This document shows positions 26,110-38,962 of a stretch of 64,000 nucleotides of DNA, piece after piece. The stretch spans positions 4,369 through 68,368 of the forward strand of contig NW_003314460.1 of NCBI RefSeq assembly GCF_000143415.4. Direction: 5' to 3'. Source of the stretch: Selaginella moellendorffii (lineage: Eukaryota > Plantae > Lycopodiophyta). The notes below the pieces were generated by a model. It did no database searches. It was given only the letters and a program-made list of their open reading frames with translations, and was not told the origin of the DNA. The stretch's first letter is position 1. Each line of letters begins with the position of its first letter. Made by a program: the position numbers and the translations under genes.

Positions 26110-27290
26110 TTTATTAATATAAATATAAATGAAATTAAAAATATTGAGATGTCAATTGGCTAAGATGTAGCCTAAGATTTATATAATATCATAAATTTTC
26201 TACCACTTTATCCTACATTGCATTTATACATGAAAAACTTAATAAGGTATTAATATGATTGAGACAACATTAGTACATGGACCATATAAAGAAATTTAAT
26301 TATATTATATTAAACCTTCTATATACCATTCATGAATTTTTTGATATATTATAGTTCTAGCATAAAGAAAAGTTTATATATCATCAAACCCTCCTCTACC
26401 CCAGTATAGAGTAAAACATTACCATTCATTTATCATCATAAAATTTCAGCATTCATAACAGTGTTATAAAGCCTTAATTTTAAATATAAATACATGAATA
26501 TAGGGAGATAATAATCTTATTTCAGATTTATAAAAATAACTACAGAAATAATGTTTATGATATATAATAGAATACTTTCTATTTTAAATATTACTCTCAA
26601 AATGCATGAATATAAATACTAGGTAAAAATGGAATATCAATGATAAATATGTAAAATATTATAATTTTATAAAAGAAAATATAACACATAAAGCTAACAT
26701 CTTTCACTTATTATTATGAAATTCCAAAACTTTCAGTCTGAAATGATGAAAAGAGAAACTCCATAATAATGTTTATATGTTTTTAATTTAAAAGATGTAT
26801 ACTCTTTAGCTGAGTTTTTAAATATATATTATATATATTTTTAACATAATTATATTTGAGTGTAGTTAAGTAACACATACGTTATTAGGAGGAAAAATTA
26901 TAGAGTTTAATAAATCATCAAATAATAATAATTTTATCAATTATATAGAGATTTCAAATAAAATAAAAAATTAGTTATTAAACAAATGACTCATCTGGCC
27001 ATGGGATCCCATGGTAAGAAATTCCATTTATCGAATATCCAAGACTTCACTCAACAATCAGAATTTTAAATATGATATAATGTACTGAGTTATATTTTTT
27101 ATGTTATGATGTGTGTTGGTGATAGAATCAATTGTAGAAGAGATTTTTAATATAAAGATTATGTTATGTTTAACTATATATCTTATAATTATGATTATGT
27201 TAAAATTACAATTACGCTTACAACTCTTTGAAATTATTAAAATATCAAAAATAAAGACAATGCTCCCAGCGTAGCTGGGACTTTTGCTAG
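26110..27290 (+). mobile_element. Non-autonomous Helitron-like unit, family A
   Basis: Ends CCCAGC-GTA-GCTGGG, acttttg, CTAG(27290)|T; colinear with the 8.6- and 18.7-kb copies; partial copy at ~24500-25100. Confidence 0.8.
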
Positions 27291-27293
27291 TCT

Positions 27294-27507
27294 TACTCCC
27301 TTATTTAAACATGCTATTGGCATATGGCATCTGGCATCTTTTATTCCATTTTTAGAATATTATTTCTGAATATACTTATAATCTAACGGTTCAAATTCAA
27401 AAACTTCAAATAGATGGCATACCAAAGGGGTGGCAACTCTTCAACTTTGAATTGAATGACCTTCCAAATCAAGTGAATTTTTAGGACGTTCAGGCAGATT
27501 GTAAACT

Positions 27508-27538
<31 letters not shown>
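27294..27538 (+). promoter_or_regulatory. Recurrent promoter-like cassette, copy 3, plus (TC)n
   Basis: TCTAACGGTT at 27382-27391; lies ~200 bp upstream of the Kelch ATG. Confidence 0.5.
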
Positions 27539-27736
27539 TGGGTGGCACTGGCTTCATTCATTCATAGTAAATTCATATACTATTTCACTCTCTTGCTTCT
27601 TCCCTATTCTCTTTCGAGGCTTAAAGTTCCAGTTTGTTCCAGGTGCTTGAGGCTGGAACCACATTGAGAGTGATTCCTATTTTGCAGCGCTATAAACCCT
27701 GTAGTCTCTCTTTTACACTTGTATTTTAGGGTAAAG

Positions 27737-29397
27737 ATGAAGTGGGCGCCTCGTCGATCCAGCGATCAGCTCCAGCAGCAGCAGCCGGGGTGCAAATGGG
27801 GCCACACCTGCAATGCGGTCAGGAATCTCATCTACATTTTCAGTGGCTATGGCCGGGACGAGTGCCAGACCAACGATGTTCACGTCTTCGACATTGGTAT
27901 AAGTTTCCTCTTCTGGGTTTTCTGAAAAATATGGTTTTGATCATGTTTTTGGTGGGATCGCGCAGGGATGTAAACCTGGAGCAAGCCTGTGATGAAAGGA
28001 ATGCACCCTTCTCCTTGGGACAGCCACAGCTCCATGGCCGTCGGGTCTAAGCTCTATGTGTTTGGTGGTACCGATGGAACCAGCCCGCTCGACGATCTCT
28101 TTGTTTTGGATACTGGTAACCTCTGAGTTTTATCGATTTTTTTTTCTTGTTCTTATCAACAATGCAGCTACCAACACCTGGGGGAAACCCGACGTTTTTG
28201 GTGATGTTCCTGCTCTGAGAGAAGGACATAGCACGTCTCTCATTGGTGACAACCTGTTCGTGTTTGGGAGATGAGGGAAATCCAGTGATCCCTCAGAGGA
28301 GGAGTACTACAACGACCTCCATGTTTTGAACACGAGTAATATCCTGTTATCTTTCCTTGTTTTCTTCTAAACTTTTTTTTTCCCTGTAGATACTTTTGTC
28401 TGGAAGAAGATTTCTACCACTGGAGTCTTGCCTATTCCTCGGGATAGCCATACCTGCTCTTCCTATAAGAACTGTTTCGTTGTCATGGGTGGCAAGGACG
28501 GTGGTAATGCCTATCTAAACGACGTTCATATTCTGGACACAGGTATATACATTGTGCTGGCATCAGCTCGGCACCAGTCGTCTTTACCTCCCGCCATGCC
28601 ATTGTTTCTGGAAACGCAAATGAATTCACAAGTTTAGCCAAGAGCCAGGCACACAACAATCAGCCATGGAAAGTATCTCGTCGTGTTTGGAGGATTCTCC
28701 GATGATCGCAAGCTATTCAATGACGTCCATACTCTTGACTTAAGTATGTGCGCTTGTAGGTAGATTTGTTTCCTGTTGGTCTCTCATGGGGCTTTTACGT
28801 ATTTTGTAGCGACTGGTGTTTGGGCGACTTCGAATCCCTCTGGTCCTGGGCCTTCTCCACGTTTCTCCCTTGCAGGAGATTCTGTGAACGCAGAGCGAGG
28901 CATATTATTCTTCTATGGGGGATGTAACGAAGAGCTTGAAGCTCTGGATGATATGTATTTTCTCAGCACAGGTTGGCTTCTTCTTTTATTGACATTGCTG
29001 CCATTCTTGACAATATGGTTGCCGTTTTTCTGTGAAGAGATGCTGAGGGAGAAAGATCCATCAGAACCAAAGCTATCCATGCATAAGGAACTTAAGAGAA
29101 GGTGGCAAGAGTATCATGCCATGCCATTCATGCTAGACAAGCAACAGGATGTGGACAAGAGCTTGGTTTCGTCTCACGGAGGTTTCTGCGGAAAACCTTG
29201 GACCTCTCCAATTCTTACCTGTCAAACTCATGCTACAGAGTTTCAAGCTCATGTTCAGCCGCTAGGCGAGAAGATGTTTGAGGCTAGAGTAAGCAATGTA
29301 TTCAACTAGAAGCCTCCATTGATGGGAAGCTCTTCCGTGGGCTGCTCTTTTCGTACAAGCCTAGCTTTGCTCAGGCAGTGCAATCTTACATGGCGAG
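27737..29397 (+). pseudogene. Kelch-repeat gene, copy 3 (most complete)
   Basis: MKWAPRR...KWGHTCNAVRNLIYIFSGYGRDECQTNDVHVFD, REGHSTSLIGDNLFVFG, RDSHTCSSYKNCFVVMGG, RARHTTISHGKYLVVFGGF. Stop at ~28272, 77-bp inversion, 13-bp deletion near 29307. Confidence 0.92.
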
Positions 29398-29612
29398 GTT
29401 TGTTTCGTTTGATCCTCAGTTACTCTCTAACGCCACTTATTTTTGTTCTCTACCTACCCACTTTATTCCTATTGTGCAGAACTACTATAGCAGAGACCCC
29501 AACTCTGCTGGAATATAAATTGATACCAGAGCATTGATGAGCATCCTGCAGCTCAGTCAGAACTTTTTTTTTGTCAAGGATATTTCACCTTATGATATGT
29601 TTAACTTTGCAG

Positions 29613-29777
29613 GTTGAGCTTGATTCCGAAGGAGCACATATGTACAATGCTGCTGTTGCTCTTCACAACACTATGATCGAGCTTGAGGTCACAATAGAAG
29701 GTGGAAAGGACAGCTTGTCAATGGCTGCTCAAGCAGGTGGTGAAACTGTCAAGGCACCTGGGAATCTTGTCATTAGT
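29613..29777 (+). pseudogene. Phosphoribosylformylglycinamidine (FGAM) synthase exon fragment, copy 1
   Basis: LDSEGAHMYNAAVALHNTMIELEVTIEGGKDSLSMAAQAGGETVKAPGNLVIS (PurL GGKDSLSM motif). Confidence 0.9.
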
Positions 29778-29837
29778 ACACCAAACAGCTCTCTTTTCTT
29801 CTCGTGAGCTTACATTCTTCCTTTTTTCTTCCAAAAG

Positions 29838-30736
29838 GTACTCCAACACTAGAGCATACAGTCAATCCAAGCTCGCGAACATCTTCCACGCCAAAGAACT
29901 GGCAATGAGATTCAAGGTATTAGTCAATGCTTTCTCTTTCGCTGATTAGGCCGAAGGAGTTGACATCACAGCCAACGCTGTTCATCCAGGGTTCATAATG
30001 ACACCTTTGATGCAGTGCACACTCTACATAATGAGCTTGTCTCTTTGCCTCGTTTGTTTGCCTCAATGAAAGGAGGTAAGGTTTTACTCTGATATTAGGA
30101 TGTTGATGATACATAATCTTTTTTTCCAAAGAAAATAATATATCAGAAAATTTAACTATGGTCCATAGATTGATTTAATAATAATAAAAGCTTAGGTGAT
30201 GATGAATCACATTTTTTAAGATGGTAGCCTTTTGTATTGTGTTTAATGTTGTCTCAATCATATTTTTACCTTTACACCATTGTATTTATTTTTATATTTT
30301 CATGTATCAATGCACAAAAAGATTACTCTTAAAAACAGTATTATAACTTTATGATATCACACAAATCTTAAACTATATCTACTTTGATGCCATACACACT
30401 CTACATAATGAGTTTGTTTTTGGTTACTTATGGAACTTTGATCTTCATGCAGGGGTTCTCAAGTTCTTCTCCAGCTTCCTTTGGAAAAATGTGCCACAGA
30501 TAAGAAGAATTCTCCCAATAATCTGGAAGTTTTTCGTGACTAATATGTGATTGATCTCTCAGGGCGCTGCTACAACGTGCTACGCGGCTTTACATCCAAG
30601 TCTCAAGGACGTCACTGGGCAATACTTCGTGGATTCCAACAAATCCAACTGTAGCGCTTATGGGAGAGATCCCGAGCTTGCTCACAAGCTATGGACCTTC
30701 TCCCAGGACTTTATAGACAAGCATTCTCCATCCTAA
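29838..30736 (+). pseudogene. TIC32-like short-chain dehydrogenase/reductase, 3' half
   Basis: AYSQSKLAN (YxxxK), ITANAVHPG, GAATTCYAALHP...GQYFVDSN. Mutated donor site near 30500 and an intron insertion. Confidence 0.9.
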
Positions 30737-30822
30737 AGGTAAAAGGTTGATGGTGCTAGAGAGCGAGCGAGCAAACCAGGACAACTTGGCAATGATTTGT
30801 GGATAGACTGTATTTACTCTTC

Positions 30823-31780
30823 TCAAAAGCTCGAGCTCGAGCTTGAACAAAAGTAAGATGCGTTGCCTACATTGCACATGACTAAAACTTTGGTTTCGAG
30901 CATGTCGTCCATCACGTACTTGACACCCTCTCGTTGGATTCCAGAGTCTTTGATCCCACTGTATGACTGGCTATCAACGCACATGCTTGGCGAATTGTTG
31001 AGGCAAACTCCTCCAGCCTGTGAGGATCAAATAATTATCAAACAGTCGATCAATACTTTCTATATCTCAAACGCAAAGCTACCTCTATATGCTCAAACGC
31101 ATAGAAGGCCTTGTTTTGATCACACATAAAGATGCCGGCTTGGAGTCCGTAATGCGTGCTGTTAGCTTCCATCACGGCTTCCTTGAAATCACTGCGTCAC
31201 CACCGTTTAAGTTTAGAGAAAAGAAAAGGAAGTAAAGAAGAACTTCAGGAGCTAAGAAACTTTGAGAGCTGACTTGTATGAGTAGAGAAGGATCACGGGA
31301 CTGAAAATCTCTTCCTTCCTTGTGTCCGTGTCAAAGGGAGCATCTTCCAGGATCATTGGCTCCATGAAAGCTCCCCTTTGCTTACCACCAACTAAAAGTT
31401 TGGTGCCTGCCTTCACTGCCTCGTTCACACTCTTCTCCACTGTAGCTGCTGAAGACTCAGATATCATGGGCCTGATTGACGTGTCATCTTGGCGAGGATC
31501 TCCACCATTGAGTTTCTTAACGGCAGCGATCAATGCATCGTTCACCTACACAACCAGCACCAAATACGTAGATCAAAGCTCGATTTGAGAACAAAGAATA
31601 TGATAGAATTTAAAGACAAGTGTTGGATACCTCACCTTTCACCTAAAGACGCTGCATGTGAATGCACAACTGGCCGCTCTGATAGAATCCCTCATGGATC
31701 AACCTAGCGATTGTACCTTCCAAGTGTAGAACGAGATCTTCCACTAAGCATGGAGCATTGCCTCCCAGCTCCATAACCAC
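30823..31780 (-). pseudogene. ALDH21: Aldehyde dehydrogenase family 21, 3' half, copy 2
   Basis: VVMELGGNAPC, GFYQSGQLCIHMQRL*, RKEEIFSPV, YGLQAGIF, KDSGIQREGVKYVMDDMLETKVLVM; matches my recollection of moss ALDH21; in-frame stop. Confidence 0.88.
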
Positions 31781-31829
31781 CTGTAACAGGAATCAAAGAA
31801 GTTGAAGAAAGCGAAGCTCCATCCGAAGG

Positions 31830-34800
31830 AAGATATAATAAAATATCATTATATTTTAGTATCTTTATAAGTATGAATAATTTTCTAAAACAATTTTAGT
31901 CTTCAAGATTAGCATTTTCTACAACATCCATCTTACAACTGATATATATCCCAGCTGAAAATATGTTTCTTTTTTAATAATTTTCTTTAAAAAAAGTTTT
32001 TATATTTTATGTAGATAATGGTATTCTATAGTATTTAATAAAGCCAAAAATTTCTTCAGTTAGAAGGAAGCAGTTGTTCTTGCAATAAAAAATATATTTT
32101 AGTTATTCATGTATATAGTTGTATGTTAGATCTAATTATATAATTTTGAGTTTTATGTACAATATAATCTAGGTTTGAAAAATCTAATTTATAAAACAAG
32201 AGAGTGATGACCTAGATTGGATAAAATAATTTTAAAAAAATATATATAACAAATTTAAATCTTATTATGAATATATAATCTTATTTTCTATGTTAATTGC
32301 TAACATTTCCTACTAGATTGATTTACTGGTAGTGTTGTGTAACTAATTGTAATCAACAGTGATATGCTTTCATTAACAATAATTTCATCCTAGAAAGAAT
32401 CAATTACGGCTTTTTTACAAAACATAAGAATACTAAACCCAATATGAAGGAAATCCTTCAAACTTTTTCATCATGATTCTTTCTATATTTATTTTCAGAC
32501 TATTATAATCTAATTATTTATTTTAATCTTATATCTCACTTCAAGATCAATAAAAATAATTACATGCTTTTGTTATATATGCTAAATCCACATATAATAT
32601 CAACATATTCCCACCTTCTTTAAATATATGCATAAAAATATGTTTTCAACAGAAATCAAATGATACTCATAGAAGTTTGTATTTAGCACTCTTGAACAAA
32701 ATGTGTTATTTAGAATTTTCAGTTTCAACTCCAAGGGATGTAAATAGTGGCAATAGAATTTAAGTGTCAGAGATGGATTTTAGAAGATGAAAAATATATT
32801 AAAAATACTGAAAAGTGGATTTGAAAATTAATAATACAATTAATATTTAGAGTAAAAGATTTTTTAGTTAAAAACCAGATAGTGGAGTATTTGGAGCAAG
32901 TACTAAAACAAAAGTGTATTATTATTGTGAAATATAAATTAGTAAAAATATTAGAAACTAAGTTATTTTTTCTATTCAAATAAATTGTTGATAAGATAAA
33001 TATCCAAAACATGTACATTCATGAAGAAAACTAAAAACATTTCATTAGTTTTGGAAGATTTTTATAAGTGTAATTAATTATATAAATCATATTTAGTCTA
33101 CAAGAGTAGAGTTTTCTACAACATTCTTTACTTAGTTAGAGGCATCATTACAGTTAAGATAGAATTAATGTTAAAGGTATTATTACAGTTCAAATAAAAA
33201 CACATTATCTGAATATGCAATCAAAATTATAATTTCTGAAAATTAACCTATTATGTTTTGGTAGTATATAATTCTTTGGTTTTATGAAAACTGAATTTCT
33301 TTTAAATTATGCCAGCAATCTTGTAGATGTGTTTAGGTTTGTGTACCGTTTTATGAAGGCAATAAGAGAATTCAAAATCAAATTTAGTGATGATTAAAAT
33401 ATGATCTTCTCTTCCCCAACATTTGCATTATTATCTAATTGCATTATTTTCCATTTCTCTGTAGATGAATAGTAGCAAAATTAATATAAATTAAACTTTG
33501 TATACAATCAGAATTACTAACATTATAAAATTAGAAAAGAAGATCTATTTATCTTGGGTATGCTATATCTCCCAACAAATATTTCAGCATACTCATTGTT
33601 CTATAGAATGAAACCTTTATAGAACAAAGATTTATTGATTCAATACTACATTATTGAAATTAAACATAATTTTGTTGTACCAATATAGTATATAGTAGAT
33701 ACAATAGAAAATACAATATAAGACTACAATAGAAGACTTCACTCAACGATTAGAATTTTAAATGTGATATAATATTATGAGTTATATTTATTATGTTATG
33801 AGTGTGTTAGTGATAGATTCAATTGTAGAATGGATTTTTAATATAAATATTATATTATGTTTAACTGTGTATGTTATCATTATGATTATGTTAAAAATTA
33901 CAATTACAATTACAACTCTTTGAAATTACTAAAACATTAGGAATAAACACGATGCATAGCTGGGACATTAATCACTAGTTTTCATTGCTCTCAGCATTGA
34001 TCATGTTATTATAATCTATTAAATATAGTACCATAAACAAAATATAATAATATTATTATTTAAGTGCTAGATCTATGTTTATAAAATATATTAATAGGTT
34101 TTATAATCTATGTTTGTTGATAATCATGTTCTCCTTTAGATTATTTCTGTGTTTAATAATATAATTTTAATTTTATTTTTGAACTAATATTTTCTAGATT
34201 TTTAGCTTTATATGATTTAAAATCCATTAGCTAGAGACAACCTTGAATAAATTATTGCAAGTTTCAAACTTGATTAAAGCTTTTGAAGACATAACTTTCA
34301 TAAGCTTTTATAATCATAACTTCTAGCATGATATCATTTAATTATAATCCTCATGTGTTTATTATTTTAAACTTTATTCCTAACAATCTAGATATTTATA
34401 TTCAAATTGTTGTACTTATTTTTAATCTGAATCTCTTTTCATGAGAAGTTCGTTTTGGCCACTCTTTTTAACATTTAAATTCTTATTTCTATAAAAAAAT
34501 TTATTTCCCAGCAGAGTTGTTTTTCTCTCACACATGTGATATATGGGTTTGCTCTTTTTAGAAACCTTTAAAAATTATTCTTTTAAATACTTAATTGACC
34601 ATTTTGGACCAATAAGATATTTTCCTTATGTTTTGATAGGGACTGAGATAATACAAATGCAGAAGAAATCTAGAGCAAGATCAAAAGACTTATGTAAACC
34701 ATACGTTTTAACTATAGAAAATAAATCATTTCATCAATATTGAGACAAAAGATAAAACTCATGTAAAGCTGCTGGTAGATTCAAGTAAGATTATGAGCAA

Positions 34801-35040
34801 GAAGACTCATTAAAAATATAAAATATTTTGCTTAATTTTGAGATATTATTAAGATATGGATTTGATATTTGTATGTGTATGAGATATCTCATACTATATT
34901 AGATACCATGTCATATAGTAGACATGAATGCATAGTTTTATCATGAAGCATTAGTACAGGTTTGTCCTAATACAAATATTATATCTCTAATGCAATTATT
35001 ATCTTTGGATGAAGATAAAAGAGAATATTAGAATATATTA
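31830..35040 (+). mobile_element. Concatenated AT-rich Helitron-like modules (families A and B)
   Basis: 31830-32120 matches 12990-13270; 32800-33575 matches parts of 60100-61570 (truncated at tatatctccca); 33740-33978 is a family-A end (gctgggacattaatcaCTAG|T). Confidence 0.7.
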
Positions 35041-35068
35041 TTTGAATGAAAGGATATGAATTTCAGTA

Positions 35069-35485
35069 CCTTTAAATCAGGGGTGATGATGAGTGTAATG
35101 TCTGAACAAGTCACATACGACTAATGACAAGATTCCCAGGTGCCTTGACAGTTTCACCACCTGCTTGAGCAGCCATTGACAAGCTGTCCTTTCCACCTTC
35201 TATTGCAACCTCAAGCTCGATCATAGTGTCACGAAGAGCAACAGCAGGATTGTACATATATGTCGGAATCAAGTTCAGCCTGCAAAGCTAAACAGATCAT
35301 AAGGTGTGTAAACACAATTAAGATGAGAGTACCTTAGCCCAAACAAGGTTCGTCAAAGCTTCTCCAAGCGCCAGCCCTAGCCATAGCTGCAGGATTCAGC
35401 AGTCCCTGCAAATTGTCTTCAGAAAAAAGTAAAGAATTTTCAATCTACCTTGATTGGTTGTTCACCAATAGCGCAAGCAGCATGT
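35069..35485 (-). pseudogene. FGAM synthase fragment, copy 2 (three exons)
   Basis: AACAIGEQPIK | GLLNPAAMAR./LALGEALTNLVWAK | ...GGKDSLSMAAQAGGETVKAPGNLVIS.YVTCSDITLIITPDLK; frameshifts, one exon apparently missing. Confidence 0.9.
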
Positions 35486-35537
35486 TGCCCTTAGCAAGCT
35501 TGGACACATCCTTGACATGTCCTTGACACATCCTTGA

Positions 35538-35765
35538 CACACACACAGAGCGCTTACAATCTGGCTGAACGCCCTAAGAAATTTCACTTGATTTGGAGCG
35601 TCATTAAAATCAAAATTGAAGCGTTGCCACCCTTTTGGCACCTGATCTTTGCCATCTATTTGAAGGCTTTGAATTTCAACCGTTAGATTATAAGCATCAT
35701 CAAACTCTTTATTTAAAGTTGCTATTTTGGCATCGGCGTCACATATTCCATTTTTCGAATATCCA
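35538..35765. promoter_or_regulatory. Rearranged copy 5 of the promoter-like cassette (distal part on - strand, proximal part on + strand)
   Basis: 35550-35693 is the reverse complement of the cassette's 3' part (aaccgttaga 35678-35687); 35705-35762 matches its first ~60 bp in forward orientation. Confidence 0.5.
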
Positions 35766-36896
35766 TTTTTACTTATGGCAGATGCTCTCAATTCAACGAT
35801 CCAGATTTGTGACGCTCCAAAGCAATGGTGCGGATTGTTACATGGTGGCAAAGAGCTTGGTTTTAGGTTTAAGAAACGGTTAATATGGCTGTCCGTATCT
35901 GGAGCATATTGGATGCTAAAATTTTATTGTGGGAGAAGAAGCGCATCGGAAGTAGAACTTTCCCGTCCCATATACTGTACATCCAAGACCTCAAGAAGAA
36001 GGTGACATCAGAGGTGATTTTTGTTTCAGAATTTCTGGACGATACAGGTATTGCTCAGAAGAAAAAACAAATTTACTGCTTCTCTAGGTACTCTAACATT
36101 CAAGCAAATCCAGGGTGCCTTGCAGCATTTTTCCAGTCCAGTGAAGCTGATCAATGGCATCGCAACAAAATCCAGTGAGTTTTGTTTTAGAAAAAAAAAT
36201 GACTACCATCTTTGGATATGCCTGTACAGCTTGCTTTGTGTAGCTCTAGGAGATGTAGTCGAGGTTCTGGTTGGAATAGGTGGAGAGGCAAGAGCTCAGG
36301 CTGGGAAGCAACATCCTTGGAAGCTCTCCAAACAGGATCCGATTGATGCACATGTCTGCCTGGGTGGAGGTGCGCTCTCTGTTCCTCATTACCAGAGCTC
36401 ACTGCCACAGATTCTGGAGAGTGCAAGAGACTGTTGGACTTCCAGGGAGTAGTTAGTGGAAAAGGTAGCTGACCTGTTTCATCACTTTGTTTCATTTCTG
36501 TGCTGCTGCAGAGTGACAACTTGCACACCAAGATAGAGGAGGATGAGAAAGAGAAGCTGTAGAAAAAGCAAGCCCACATCCCATCTCTGTGGCCATGTGT
36601 CTGAATCCATCTGTGTTGCAGGGAAGAGGAACGTCAGCTCCAGAAGAAGAAAAAGAGATGAGCAAAAGGCCCTTCCTGTCTGTCATTTTTGGACGAGGTC
36701 GACAGTGACACTGATGAAAGGGAAATGACAGCGATGAAGGCGAAATTGACAGTGCTGGTATGGTTTGGCAGCTTCAATCAAATCCAGTAAAAGATGAGAG
36801 GTGGCAGATGAACAGAAAAATAAAAAAACTGGGCAAGTTTGGGATCTCACCAGTATGGGGAAGACTGGGTAATGCTTTGCGTGTTTGTGTTTTTTC

Positions 36897-38727
36897 CAAC
36901 CATGCTGTTCGTGATTCCAGTGGAAGTTCTCGAAGGCCAAGTTAATCTTTTGAGAGTCGAGCTAGGAGAAGTTCAACTCACAAAGCTCTTGGGAGGAAAG
37001 AGGTGGATCAGATGCCATGGTAAACACGTAAACCTCCTATTTTCTTTCATTTTTTCCTTCAGGAATTCCATCTCTTGTTGCCAAGCCGCTGGGGTGTAGG
37101 GAATTAAAATGCCTGATTTGGTAAATTCATGAAGCCTTGTTCCGCTTTTCCTGACGAACACTGTAGGTACTCCAAAGGCCTCAGCTACGATTCTATACTG
37201 GACTGGGACAGCAACGCTGCTTCTTGATCTTCCTCGCATTCGTTATTATTCTTCTCAGAACTAGGTAGCCACAATTTTCACTAAAATCTAAAACAAGCAC
37301 TGACTAAAGTCACGCAGATCCGAGTTCATTAAAAATCCTGGACCGCATAAGGTGCTGGTATAGTAGCATAAAATTTTTTTTTATGATGCTAATCAAAATC
37401 TCTCTCTTTTGCACTTCTTTTTAGGTGAAATTTATTCTTTTTTCTGACACAGAAGAGCGTGCATTTCCATTCAGAAGAGAAGCGGCCAAGAAGGACTCCG
37501 AGTTGATGTCTTTCAGATGTGTTTTGTGGAGGCAAGAGGAAGCTTCGATTTTGAAAAGCCGGTAGTTTTAGTGATAATCACGTGAATTGATTCATGCTTT
37601 TGCGTGTGGAGCAGGTTTGGATTAGAGTTGGCACCGGCAGTAGTTTTCATCAAAGATCCAGGTGTCCAGCCCATAACTGTTTATGGTAAAAATCTTCTTT
37701 TCGGCAGCTTTGAGATGATTTCTTTCACTTTGCGGGTAAATTGCAGGTAAATTGCATGACCCCTTCATGGAAACTGTGGAAGAACATAAAGTTCATGGTA
37801 AGTACAATGTAGGCTCTTCCTCCTTTTGCTATCTTTTGAATTGCAATTTGATGTGCGTGCTTTTATTTCTTCCTCAGCTGCAAAGCATCACGGCTTCCAA
37901 ACTTGGATGTGATCCCGCGGACTTCTCTGCAGCTGGAAAAGATGTAGAAACATGGTACTGCATTGTGGTTGCTGGAAGGCCTGGTTTTCAGCTTGATCAA
38001 CTCTGCAGTGTAAGATTTTCTTTCTTGTTGTTTCTAGCTGACGAGTTTCTCATTTTAGACGATGAGAATTGTGCAAGATGAGCTCGTGTAAGTGAGGACA
38101 TTGATAGCCAAAATTTTGCTGCTGCCACTGCATACAAAGACAAGCATTTGAGCCTATCATGGCTTGACGGCGAAATGCAAAAGGTGGATACTTATATAGC
38201 TCGCTGGTTAATTAATCCTTGTTTTTGTGCAGAAATTTTGCTATTACTGCCTCCCTTCTGAACCCGTCCATGAGACTTGCAGGCCGAGGCAGTACCAATT
38301 GCAAGACGTGGCAAGGATTTTGATGATACGTTTTAGAAGAGATCCAACATCAAAAGCCGGTGGTGAAGAGAATCAATACCTGGTGGCGTTTGAATTATGA
38401 GGAGCCAGATTTAGCATCGATGGATATTGCTCCATACAGTGATGCAAATGAAATCTCGGAGGTTGGTTGGTTTCATTTAGACTTTTTTCTCTTTTCTTTG
38501 CTATACCAAAGAGTTTTTCTGCAGGTTTTATCGTGAATTTCTAATAGTGTTCATGATGGCGACACAAATGAAATTCCATTCTTTGTAAGTGTTGTGGTGT
38601 TTTGAAAGTTTGGAGAACTCTTGACTGTGGGATTTTGTTAGAATACTAAGTCGATGCCTGCGTTAATACCCGAGGAGCAAGCAGTCTTGATGCTCTCTTC
38701 AACACGGAATGCTGTGAGTGGAATGAG
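36897..38727 (+). pseudogene. DnaJ subfamily C16-like (At1g18700-like) gene, central exons; interrupted by LTR element
   Basis: VELGEVQL, GIPSLVA, LPRIRYYS, VKFILFS..ERA, APAVVFIKDP, LPQLQSITASKLGCD...TWYCIVVAGR, LSWLDGEMQK. Stops and frameshifts; J-domain exons not recognised. Confidence 0.85.
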
Positions 38728-38962
38728 TGTGAGACACAAAATCCCTAGGCCCCAAAGTGGAGCTGGAAGGGCGCCACATGGTAGTGGCCGAAGCGAGAGC
38801 CAAACGAGCGTAACACGTTTGGACCAAAAGCTCCGACTTGAAAAGTCAAGAGCGGGAGTGGAACTCCCAACGAAGTGCTCGAGGAACGAGCACGAAGCGA
38901 GCAAAAGGCGAGGCTCCAAAAAGGGACCCAAAAGGACCAACACATGACACGTGGGAGTGTCC

